Assembly (NCBI GenBank): GCA_002633005.1
Contig: NMRA01000209.1
Location: 318,569 to 382,568 of the forward strand
Length of the DNA stretch: 64,000 nucleotides
Source: Phoronis australis
Lineage: Eukaryota > Animalia > Phoronida
Direction of reading: 5' to 3'
Positions 12,865 to 24,910 of the stretch are shown here, one piece after another (the stretch's first letter is position 1; each line of letters opens with the position of its first letter). The position numbers and the translations under genes were made by a program. The notes beneath the pieces are model-generated. The model did not search any database, was not told the origin of the DNA, and was given only the letters and a program-made list of their open reading frames with translations.

Positions 12865-14926
12865 AGAATCTCTCACTCTGATGGAGCTTATTTTTAAGGC
12901 GAATACATTGCATCCTGCTTCTGTGGCGTCTGCTGCTTCTGGTGGATCACGTGATTGCTGACATAATCGGGTCAAAAGTTCTTTCAGGTCAATCACTGTT
13001 TAGTTCTAGCTGCGACACTTTCGTAAAACGTCTTAGTAAGCTCTAGCATTGTCGTAAACGTGTCAAAATACTGATTGTTCCATAACAAATATGCATTGCA
13101 GACTTAAAACGTAATTTCGTAAATCTGGTTAGTCTGCGTGAGCCAGTGAGTGACGAATGACAAAGGGAGTTTCCATTTAATTGAAGGAAATCTGAGCTTA
13201 TTACGACAAAAGGGATTGCTAGAAAAGGTGAAAACGAAGTTTTAGAATTGTTTTTTGTCGATTTCGGAAAGAAACGCTACAAGTACATACAGTTACCAGC
13301 ACCGGTCACTTAATTAACGGCAAAAAAGTAGAAAATTCGTAACGATGTGCTGGTTGTCATGTACACGTTTGACATTTATCACCTGATACGGACATGAAGG
13401 GGTAACCAGTACCCATTGTGGCTTAGAATTTTGCGGACAGATGGGTGATGTTCACACATATGGATACTTGGACCGACATGTATAGAGCTTCGCCTTGTAT
13501 AATTTTATTCTGTGATTGGACCAAGAACGATGCAGGTGGGCTTTGCCACTTTTAGACGACTTGCTCAAATGACGCTATATTTTACAACCTCGTTTTCCTC
13601 TCATTTTAGTGTTTTTTAAAATGTTTTAGGAAGTCGTTTATGATTTCTTAGCATGTTCAAAAGTTATATTGGAAAAACATTCCAGGAAAAGAAGAGCCAA
13701 CTCCATTGACTACGTCAGAGCTACAAACACGGACGTTCCGCCTCATGAACCTCTCGATTCTGTCCAGCCACAACCTTCAGGATCACTACTACCTCCTGTC
13801 GGCATCACTTCAACACCCCCGAACAAAACTCGACAATCTAAGAAGGTGTTACCTCCTGAGGACATTAAACCTCATAAACCTCTCGATTTTGCNAGAATCT
13901 CTCACTCTGATGGAGCTTATTTTTAAGGCGAATACATTGCATCCTGCTTCTGTGGCGTCTGCTGCTTCTGGTGGATCACGTGATTGCTGACATAATCGGG
14001 TCAAAAGTTCTTTCAGGTCAATCACTGTTTAGTTCTAGCTGCGACACTTTCGTAAAACGTCTTAGTAAGCTCTAGCATTGTCGTAAACGTGTCAAAATAC
14101 TGATTGTTCCATAACAAATATGCATTGCAGACTTAAAACGTAATTTCGTAAATCTGGTTAGTCTACGTGAGCCAGTGAGTGACGAATGACAAAGGGAGTT
14201 TCCATTTAATTGAAGGAAATCTGAGCTTATTACGACAAAAGGGATTGCTAGAAAAGGTGAAAACGAAGTTTTAGAATTGTTTTTGTCGATTTCGGAAAGA
14301 AACGCTACAAGTACATACAGTTACCAGCACCGGTCACTTAATTAACGGCAAAAAAGTAGAAAATTCGTAACGATGTGCTGGTTGTCATGTACACGTTTGA
14401 CATTTATCACCTGATACGGAAATGAAGGGGTAACCAGTACCCATTGTGGCTTAGAATTTTGCGGACAGATGGGTGATGTTCACACATATGGATACTTGGA
14501 CCGTACATGTATAGAGCTTCGCCTTGTATAATTTTATTCTGTGATTGGACCAAGAACGATGCAGGTGGGCTTTGCCACTTTTAGATGACATGCCCAAATG
14601 ACGCTATATTTTACAACCTCGTTTTCCTCTCATTTTAGTGTTTTTTAAAATGTTTTAGGAAGTCGTTCATAATATGATTTTTTAGCATGTTCAAAAGTTA
14701 TATTGGAAAAACATTCCAGGAAAAGAAGAGCCAACTCCATTGACTACGTCAGAGCTACAAACACGGACGTTCCGCCTCATGAACCTCTCGATTCTGTCCA
14801 GCCACAACCTTCAGGATCAGTACTACCTCCTGTCGGCATCACTTCAACACCCCCGAACAAAACTCGACAATCTAAGAAGGTATTACCTCCTGAGGACATT
14901 AAACCTCATAAACCTCTCGATTTTGC
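12865..14926 (+). repeat. Apparent 1-kb tandem duplication (12865-13892 / 13894-14926) across a single N; probable haplotype overlap
   Basis: Sequence after the N at 13893 restarts at agaatctctcactc (= 12865). Near-identical copies; includes a partial exon 4 at 13686-13892. Confidence 0.85.
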
Positions 14927-15209
14927 GACATTACAAACTTCAGGATCCGTACTGCCTCCTATCGGCCACACTTCATCACTTCCGAACAAAAGTCGACTGA
15001 CGGACCTTCAACTTCATAAGCCTCTCGATTTTGTCGCATCAAAACCTTCAAGATCAGCACTGCCTCCAATCGACATCATTTCAACACCGTCGAACGAAAA
15101 TCGCCTTTCAAAGAAGACGCTTCCTCCTATTCAGAAAGCAAGCTTGGCTTTCAACCTTTCGGACGATGGAAAACATGAAAATAATCTGAAACCGGAAAGC
15201 GTTATTTGA
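14720..15209 (+). CDS. CUB-domain membrane protein, exon 4 (cytoplasmic tail)
   Basis: Acceptor cattccag|G gives a phase-2 join reading YKW-KRR (basic stop-transfer). Three H(E/K)PLD...LPP(V/I) repeats; C-terminus ESVI*. Total CDS is 1659 nt = 552 aa. AATAAA at ~15402. Confidence 0.75.
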
Positions 15210-18200
15210 CCTGATAGCAAGGACTTAAAACGGCAGCCCTCAAGGTGACTATGGAAGTACCGCAAAGAACTTCAGTGAGGCAGATGATTCTCAGTCATGT
15301 GCTCTTGGAAATCATGTGGCACTAGATTAAATTTCAGTGAAAACTCAACACATTATTAATAATGCAAACTATAGGTCACCATATGCTATGCCTCCAACGA
15401 AAATAAACATCAACACAAAACAGACTGTAATATCATTTACCACATCTATTTACCACCAAACATTTCATTGTTAGGTTTCACTAGATGTATTTACTTAAAA
15501 ACTATGCCACAAAACTATGGTGAAAACTGCCACGTCTTAAATACTTATAAACTGTACATGTAAATGCTATCAGATTCTATGTCTCTGTTGGCCATCACAA
15601 ATGCTTTCCGTTTGGGATTGTGTGTGTCAGTATTCAAAATAAGCACATATTTGTGAATTCATTTTGCATATATGAGCACTAATTATCACTCGTAGTCAGG
15701 TTCTAGTGGTTTATTCGTTGGCTGGTAACCAAATCAGAATGTACAGTGTATGCCATTGAAATGAAGAGAAATATGTAGATACAGTGTACAGTATAGCAGT
15801 CACTAATGTATTTTTGCTTGTACATGTATATAGGCTCTCTCCCTCTCCCTCTACATGTATCTCTCTCACTCCTCACTCTCTCTCTCCTATTAGTTGAAAT
15901 TTTATTATTACTGGAAAGTTTTTTTTTTTTAAGTTTTCTAACTCAAAGCAATATAAATTTGTAACCCACACATTCATTAAAAGGTCATATGCAGTACATG
16001 AAAAAGTTCCTAATGCTTTGGATGAAATTCTCAGTGCTCCTAGGGTCTGAGAGGTATTGCTAGTTCACGTCGTAAAGACAATTACACCGAAACGCTGACG
16101 TTTTAAACAATGCAAAAATATCTTTATATAGAACCTAATTTCAATAAATTTCTTCGTCTTTATAGTTGCAAGGGACTCTCTTTCAGTTGTTCACAAACCT
16201 ACAAGGCGATCGGCTGTCAAAGGGCCTATAAGGCTATTGGATACATGTAACTCAACTGTTACCAATTGTGTTTCGGCGGGGGTGTCGGGGAGGTTATTTT
16301 TCTTTCAACGTTTTCCGTCGTGTAGCTATAGACAATGAATAGATCTGAATGGTGTCGGATGATTTTTTTCAAATTTCTCCGACCTCGATCTCAGTTACAT
16401 GTAACTGATATGCCTGGACGGTCAAAGCCCGGTCGAAGTACAAATGTATGCATTTGTATGTACCCAACGTGTGCCACAATATTCTGGAATGCCCTGGGGT
16501 GTTCATGGCTGCACAAATTGGCTGGAACAGTGCTCACTGTTGTTGAATCGCTTTCTCGTCACCTTGATATACACTGGCATCACCGACAACTTTAAGGGAT
16601 GGAGAGTGTTGTCCATGTCGGCAACATTGCATAGCCAATGCCGCCGTGGACAATACACTGTACCCATAAACTGCTGACAGGTAGGGTTGTGTTTCTAACT
16701 TACTGAAAAGGCAATACAACAATGGATGAGTTCCATGTGTGATAAGTTTCAGAAAAAAAAACTAAATAGTACTAACCAATAACTTCTTATGCAGGAAATG
16801 CCGTGGACTAAAACCAGGGTCACCACTCTTGCTTTTGCTACTGCTTTGGTCTTAATTTTCAATAGCTCTTTGCCCTTGTTTGTTGAATACTACATGTAGG
16901 TCGTAGAATGCTGGAAAATTGCACATTTGACTGTCCTAAAGTTCGTGCCCATGGAAAGAAATTCACAGCATGAACAGAGCGACATTCAAGCCTTTACACA
17001 AAATAACACTCAACGAAATGCGGCGAGTGTAACGAAGAATTCTTAGTCTGTTACTATAACTTGCTTGAGATAAATTGGCAATCTACAATACTCATGAACA
17101 TCCCTTAAAACGGAAATATGCATTACATTTTATTAAAACTGTTGGAATACAGCTTAAACCTGAATATTAACTGTAACTCCATGAGAGCATCAAAAGGTCG
17201 ACTCTATGGTCACCGGCTCATATCTTGAAAAACATTTTATGCATACATCGTGAAGGGAAATGTTCAAAACCGTTATTTGAATTTTTTGGTCCACGACTGT
17301 TTAAGTTAAAGCATCATGAATATTTTGATCCAAAATAGCCCGGTTTTGATTCAAAAAGGTTCAGTAAGTGTAGTTGTTTTAAAACAAATTGGAAGGGTGA
17401 GAAAGAAAAAAAATAATAATAACATATATGTAGACAGTGACCCTCTCAGGCTGTTACAAGACATTCTTTGAATTCTAAACGGAGTTTCCATTAACCTTCA
17501 AAATTCGTTAAATGCTGCCCAGTTTTGTGTATTTGGTTATTAGCAATTTTCGACGGAGGTCTCTTGGTGGGGGGGGGGGGNTGGCGGTTTGCGAGTGCTG
17601 GTGATTATGAATGATATTTTTTCATCCGTTTTGCTGTCTAAGAAGATAGAAATGGAAAAAAAATAATACTTGTTCATTTTTTAGCAGCATACGATAGAAA
17701 AGACATTTCATCGCGTACTATACGGTGCCTGACTACGGACAGTATGCAGTTGTGCAAATATGTTTCTACGGTGATCAAAAAACCCGTCGTCAATCTTTTA
17801 TACTTCGACTACTGCTGATCCCTCGATGGCATTTTCAATAACTAGGTTTCTTTAGTGAAATTTCACGAATTTCGTTCAAAACCTTTCAATCTAGGAAACG
17901 ATGACAAATGCTTGTTTGAGAGCCACTCTTCAACTTTAAGCTAACATTGTGTTACAATAGTTTGTGTTCTATCTACTATTGTACCTAAAGATTGTACCTA
18001 TTATTGAAAAGTAGTTGACAAGCTGCACTGTAGCGTCGTTTTTGTCTTTCACTTGGTACTTCTAATTAAGTCAAAAACTAATATTATTTACCTGCATGTT
18101 TTCGAATGAGTCTAACCTGTGCTGCCACGACAGTGACACTTTTAGCACTTTTGAAACCGTTCACATATCTAACCTGTGCTCTTTCAGCTGCTAACTCTTG

Positions 18201-18739
18201 CTGTGCCCCGGTAACGTCCATTTATTACTTGATAATCATTATGTAAAATATATATATAATGTCATTTTAATTTGAGTAGCGTCATTTTAACTAAGTGCTA
18301 ATCGTTTATTTAATAACTGCGTGATTAAATTCTGGTGTAAATTCTTGGACTGCACAGAATGACAGTTGAGGATATGTGCCGCTAAGTTTTACTACTACAA
18401 TATTGTTGTGAAAATTATGTTTAAGCACTTTTAAACTCGTAACCTTTGCCGCTGACATCGTAAAATGGCCAACGATACACTTAAGTTTGGTGATAAGGAT
18501 ACTGAAGACACCATGATTTTTTAATCAATCTATATAACTTTAAACGAACCTGACAAAGAGGTAATCGACAGGTTTCTTAGCAACGATCTAAAGAACCTTT
18601 CCAAACAGGACAACGAATACGTTATCGATATACTGTACAGATTTGGTTATAAGGAAATAAATGAGGACGCCCTTAAGTTTATTAATAGATTCGCACAAGT
18701 ATATTATCCAGGAGTGTAGCTATGTACAGGATTAGAAAT

Positions 18740-19110
18740 GTACTTTAAGATAAGGAATAACTGCACCTGATAAGAATGTAATATACATTTTAACAAGTCA
18801 CTTATCATCAAATTCCAAGGCACGGTAAAATATAAAGTTGTTTACAGTCTATGCTGTATTTCCCAGAGTAGCGACGACTGAAAATATTCATTTGAGAACA
18901 TGAACGCGTTTCGAAGATTGTACAGTCTTCTTTTCCTCTTTAGACTTGTTCCTATATTGAATACTATAGTTGAGTAAGTGTTATAGTAAGACCCGTAGGG
19001 AATTTCCAGTAACCTGAGTGGCAAGACATTCCTTTTTCAATGGTTGTTCTTATTAATTTCACGTTAAATATCTTAGAACAGATTTAACTTTTAAAAGCGG
19101 CTATAAACTT
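18740..19110 (+). pseudogene. Second paralogous copy of the CUB gene promoter, exon 1 and start of intron 1
   Basis: ATG at 18900 reads MNAFRRLYSLLFLFRLVPILNTIV, then gtaagtgttatagtaagacccgt, matching gtaagtgtcatagtaagactcgt at 5871. The upstream sequence also aligns. Confidence 0.7.
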
Positions 19111-20849
19111 TTATTATTCCTAAGTGATGATACGGCCGCGGAATAACTGTACTATCACACTGTGAAAAACGTCAGAACTACTCTTCCGTATCTTTTTCTA
19201 TAGAAGATAACCGTAATCATCTCTAGGAAATTAAACCTGGCAAAGCCGTGAGATTTACGGTATTTGGCGGGGTACATCTACAAGAATTGCGGTAGTTGGT
19301 TTAATAAAGAATATATTATTCACATAGATGTATCGATTTGGATGACTGACGGTTAAGTTCGAATATACATGTACAGATGTTGTTTTTCAATACAAGCGCA
19401 CAAGTGAAAACACATTATTCATATTTACTTACGTACAATTAACAAACAGCATCATCGTTGGATAATAGCGTGTGCTGGTTAATAATTATTCTTTAACGGA
19501 TTTCATATGGTCTTAATCAAGACTGAGGTGGAAAGAACGCATGGTTGCACCACTTTAACTATGGCGGCAGAACATAGAAAACCCAGTAGCAGCACCTTTA
19601 AACACTACGGCTGTACCAAAACACCCAATGCTCGGACTAAATGACTAAATAGATAGACCAAAAAGTTCAACTCCTTGGCTGCACAGCGTAAACTCGGTGG
19701 CCCGGGATCCCCACTAGGTTTTTAGATTCGGCCACATAGTTTAAGCCGTATAGTCATGCATTGTTTCAACCCTTTCATCAAATGTTATTTTTCAACAAAA
19801 AAACTCAAGTTAAGCAACCCTGGCTTTTCAGTAAATATTGTTATGCGCCAATGACGCAGGGCGTAGCCCTAAATATTCCTGTAATCGGTGAATTTCAATA
19901 TGATCCGACTGTACGTGTACGTGTAGACTGAAGTGCAGCCGAGAGGATGGGAGCATTTCAAATTGACAAAATAATCAGCACGTTTTCCATGATCAAAAGA
20001 AACATTTTAACTAAAATAAGTACGTTGTTCTGGAAAGTGATGCCTTGTGAACGACTTGACTAGCTTCTGTAGTTGTAGCAGCTGTAGGCATAACACTGTC
20101 CATTCTAAAGTACACGTATTATGATGTCACTGATACTACCACTCGCGTCTCACAATTCTGTACTGGTCTTTGTGTCACTAATAAATGAAAAATACCTTAC
20201 CGACGGCAACGAACCAAATGTGTAGCACCAATCATAAGCATACCTGTCACGTAGCAATTAACTTTTCTAATTTCAACAAAACTTGATGAAAATTAAGGTG
20301 AAAGCAGTGTTTTAATTACGCAAACACGCAACATAAACGATACGGCGACCTTAGGTCGCTTTGAAGGGGGCAAGTCGGAGTATTTGGTTTCCTATACTGG
20401 GTAAAACATTTCTGAAAAATGTTCAAGAAACAATGAGATATGTATAAACTGCTCATCCAAAATGTGACACTAAGATCAATCCATTGATTGTTCTGGCTGC
20501 CGCGCTACCAAGATGGACATTTCTCCAGCCAATGCATCGATGCAGTTTCGTCACATAAACGTCTGCATTTGTTGCACGACGACGTTTTCGGTACCGAAAT
20601 CTGCCCTTATCACTCTTGGAGACACATTTCTGTCGCGCACTGCTGGCATGTTATAGCCAGCGATAACTTTTGAATCAGTGCTTGTCCTGTTTTCTTTCAC
20701 CCACAATACCTTTCCGTAAAGCCCATGTACATTATACTGCCATCGATAAATTCTATGATAATATATCAATTTATCGTAAGACTCGATATCCCATATGAAA
20801 TTAGCGCCTCTTACATGATACATGCGTCTTTACTCTGCGTAGTCTATCG

Positions 20850-22075
20850 GGATCTAAGACTTCTAGCAGATGGCGGACTGATTGTATAGACAGATCTAAA
20901 CTTTGTCCAACTGCATCTGATGAGTTCTGATGTTGCCCATTTCAGTTTTACGTCACAGCACATTTTTGATAGCTACCCTTCATAGAACCTATCCAAATAC
21001 AAGATTAGGCTTTTGACCAGAATATTTTGCTGAACCACGTAATTGTTTCTTGGATAAAGTCGCCTGCAATTCGGGAGATGATTTTCATCCAATAGCTGCA
21101 TGTAGCGTTGACTGTTAACTTTGGTCAATAAAATGGATAAATTTGTTTTACCTTCCCAAGCTACTCTAGCGGAAACTATTACTTTTTGGAAAATCTGGAA
21201 GTCTCGTGGTAGAGTCGAGAAGGCTGAATTTCTCGTTTTTGTTTCCCATAAACACGATCGTTTTGGCGAATATTAGAAATTTCTAGCGTAAAATCTTTTT
21301 CATCAGTGAAAATGATCCTTTACACACCAGTGGCTGAACAGCGGTCATGAAAGTAGCGGCGTCGAATTTATTGTTTCTTCTAACATTCGATCTCTTGTTG
21401 ATGCCCACACTCTTTTGAAGGTTTTTAACCCCAGTTTTTTCGCCTATTCTCTGCACAGAAGACTTGCTCACTTGTAAATCGTCTGCAATTTCTCTCACAG
21501 ATGTGTGAATCTCCGGGTTGTCCTCTTTGGATTGAATCACTTCCTCAACATCATCCTCGTACGAACATATAGTCCTGGGTCTCCCACTGCTACTTTTACA
21601 CGCAACAGACCATATGTTGCGCATTTTTGCAATATGTCTGTTTACAGTTGCACGATTTCACCCTTTTCCATGGAACTTCCTTACTATTCTTGATCCGCTC
21701 CACTGTTTCTCTTTGAAAGAGCTTTCATTTGAAAGTTGGCCACTTTCACTCAAAGGCATCCCTATACACCGAAATAATGGACCAAAAATGACTTGGATAC
21801 AGATCTGACATTAAAAACAGTATACTGGAGACCTAGGCAGGCAGATGCCAGCACAGTATGAACACGATGAAAAACATAGCGATATTGCACTTTTCGCCCC
21901 ACTGTTTTGTATTTCACAGTACAGTTTGTACGTCTGTAATTTTTTATAATTCTCTGGTATTCTTTGTAGAAATATTCACGACACCCTGAAGACATACTGT
22001 CAAAAATTAATGTATTCAGTCTGTCAGTTACTGAAAATTTACTTGTCAAAAAGTGGTTCCTTTTTTGTGACACCT
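20850..22075 (-). mobile_element. Degenerate Tc1/mariner-superfamily transposon
   Basis: ORF 21283..21624 has SGRPR..TSVREIADDLQVSKSSVQRI (HTH). Other frames give FTDEKDFTL..QNDRVY and KVNSQRYMQLL. Candidate terminus TA|..CAGGTGTCACAAAAAAGG near 22075. Boundaries approximate. Confidence 0.75.
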
Positions 22076-22352
22076 GATATATAGACTAGTATGTGAAGAT
22101 GGGGTAGGTTGAAAATTGCCAAGTGTTTGTAAGAACGGGTTTTGTGGCGAAAATGATCCGCCGCACATCTCTGAACCGTGTCCAGTAGGTATCGCGATGT
22201 ACATGTAGTGTTGTGGAATAGCATTGCATGATGCAGTCTATGTGAGCCCGCACGTCATTAGTGCGAAGGTCAACTATTTGCAGAGTTTTGTTTTCACATT
22301 TACATGTTGTCAGTGAATACAACTGCACTTTGTCTAGCGTAGATAATGTTAA

Positions 22353-22550
22353 AGGAGAATACCACCCGATATAATTAGTCTCTTTTACCGTCTTAATCGG
22401 TCTATATCCACATCGGCTCTTATACGGTCGATCTCACCTTGCCAAGAGGTGTCGCGTTAACTTATGAGGAAGGTGAGAAACGACGCAGCGACGTCAGTGG
22501 TTCGTCTGCAGAGTGAATGCCGATATACAGCGGTGCACCGTTCCCGCTTG
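22353..22550 (+). mobile_element. Left end of a Kolobok-like element (copy K1)
   Basis: TTAA|AGGAGAATACCACCC terminus; ~200 bp homologous to 23321-23518. Confidence 0.55.
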
Positions 22551-24910
22551 GCGTTTAGTTCCTGCTATATATTTCAACAACGGCACGATCTTATAGGGAA
22601 GATTGCAAAAACAATATAGTTATCTGATTTGAACGGTAAAAGTTCTATTTGCTGCAGAAACCTGGACAATATTCAAATTCACACACAAGTCAACGCCCGA
22701 TGGCACGACCGAGTCGCGGTCGGCAGAAAAAGGTGGGTAAAATGCACCCACTGTCATCAAGGATAGCCGCCAGACTTGCCATCGACAACAGGCCCGGGAC
22801 GTCTCGTAGGCAGCGCAGTACTGAAATAAGAGGGGAGCCATAGCCCCATATGGTGCACCGCCCATGTCAAGCTGACAGTGCGAAAATCAGTAGGAGGATA
22901 TAGCCCCCATCTCTCTAGGATGGGCCGCCCTTTTGTCTACAGTCTGCTCAATGAAGGGTGCAAAACTTTCAGGTATGCTAGTGCATCGACGCTCAAAATT
23001 TTCTATTCCTAAACCGGTACCAATGGCAGATAAACGGGTGCATAAACGGTGCTTTTTCTTCAAAGGCCAACACCGGGAGCGACCTGGATGGTAACTGCAT
23101 CGGGAAGCAACAAAGAGGCTTCTTGACACACGTACCGGCTAGCTTGCGCTTTTTCAAATTTGATCTCCGGCTACTTGCCTGCCTGTGCAGAGCTTTTCTC
23201 GTTTTGTCGCCTACCCGGCCGACCTCTCGGCCGCAGCCGGGCGTGCCTTTTTGTACAATTGAGAGATCATTTTGGAAAGCGGTAACAGTGGCAGTTAATG
23301 GTGCTTTTCTTGAGTCTTCACGGAGAATGCCACCCGATTTAATTAGTCTATTTTGCCTTCTTAATCGGTCTATATCCACATGGCCTTGCAGGTGGGCGAC
23401 CTTACCTTGCCGAGAGGTGTCGCGTTAACCTTTGAGGAAGGTGAGAAACGACGCCGCGACTTCAGTGGTTCATTTGCAGAGTTAATGCTGCTGTGTTGCG
23501 GTGCATCGTTCCCGCTTGTCCGAACGATGCAGCTGCGAGAAAAGCGGGTATATCGTTTTTCGACTTCCTTGAGAGTCCGAAACGCTTGGGAAGTGGTTCG
23601 CGGTAGTGGAGAATTAAAAGTACGCTGTAAATAGCAAGTACATGTATGAGGCCGTGAAACATCTCCGTGTCTGTGGCCTGCAGTCGTCGCGGGACAGTGT
23701 CTGACGAATGCCGCAGGGCTTACCAAATAACTATCCATACAGTGTACGTTCCGTTGTCTGAGCTTGTTCACGGAGCCTCTCTAGTATTTCTTCATCACTG
23801 TATTCCTGTTCGAACTGATAGCTTGTGAAACTTAACGATCCACCTGCGAAGACTTCGTTGGGATGAGCTCTCGTCTAAGTCGTGATTGCGAGTTGCCGTG
23901 TTGACGTTTATTACTGCATGAGCATTTTGTTTTAAAATGAATTATTCTCAACCTTATACCAATACTTATATACAACTGAAACAAAGTGTGTCCCATTAGA
24001 TGCAATTTGGAATGCCTTTGCAGTATTCGTGAGTGCAAATGTTTTGAGAAACCAGCAATGAATAAATCACAGTGTAATAATACTAATTGACGGGGCACCG
24101 AGGCTGTGTGAGCTCATGCTAATTTAGTGTTTGCTGACAGAAACTGTCGTGAAGCAATTCGATTTCTAGACCACGGCCAGGTGATAGGGAATTTTTACAT
24201 TTACATTTAATGATTGTCAATGTAAAACTTCTGCCTGACGGTTTTGTGGCCAAAGCGGAACCTGACTTCGCGCCCCCGACGAGTAAGTATATTTGCAGTT
24301 TCGTGGCTAATTCACCAATATAATCACATGCACTTTACTTCTTTGGCTCACTAGTATTTCTTGACTGGAAGTTTAGTTTCCAACTTTGGATGGTTTATGT
24401 TCGTGATGTCTGATCGGCTTCCGAGCCACTGGCCGGGATAACGAGTGGTCCCGCCAGCCGCGACGGCCTAATCAGGCTCCGAGCCACGTCTGGCCAGGAT
24501 AACAATCGTTTTATGTGTTTAGAACTCAAAAAATAACAATTCTAAACAACACAGATCTAGGTTCTCCTGTCTGTTTCTCACGGAAAAATACTTAGAATTT
24601 ATCTCTGAACAGACCCCAAACTCCTGCTACGGACCGTATTATCCTGCCGAACTTTGTAGGCTACGGTGTATCCAAACACCAATAAATCCGTGACAGTGAA
24701 ATAAAACAACACGTTCTTATAAGAACTCGGCGTATTCTTAAGGGTTGTTACATCGAAGTTTGATGATTTATTGGTGTTAAACGATGAATTCAAGCAATAA
24801 GCTGACACCAGTAACCCGTGTTGTGAACTGCTGAACAGACTGCTTGTGAATGTCATTGGATAAATTCAACACCTTCGTCTGCCGTCAGGTGTCAGGTAAC
24901 GCAAACCGTA

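Noticed and set aside
14639-14719. Alternative exon-4 acceptors at 14639, 14659, 14686 and 14698
   Set aside because: With the phase-2 donor they give early stops or lose the repeat/PDZ frame, and a 5-bp allelic indel at ~14668 indicates intron. Position 14720 fits.
19200-19295. KPGKAVRFTVFGGVHLQE resembling a CUB strand downstream of the exon-1 paralogue
   Set aside because: Only an 11-nt identity, bounded by stops, with no other CUB motifs; likely chance.
22620-23320. Cluster of overlapping GC-rich ORFs suggesting a viral or DIRS insert
   Set aside because: No RT, recombinase or capsid motifs; it lies between Kolobok-like ends, and high GC explains the open frames.
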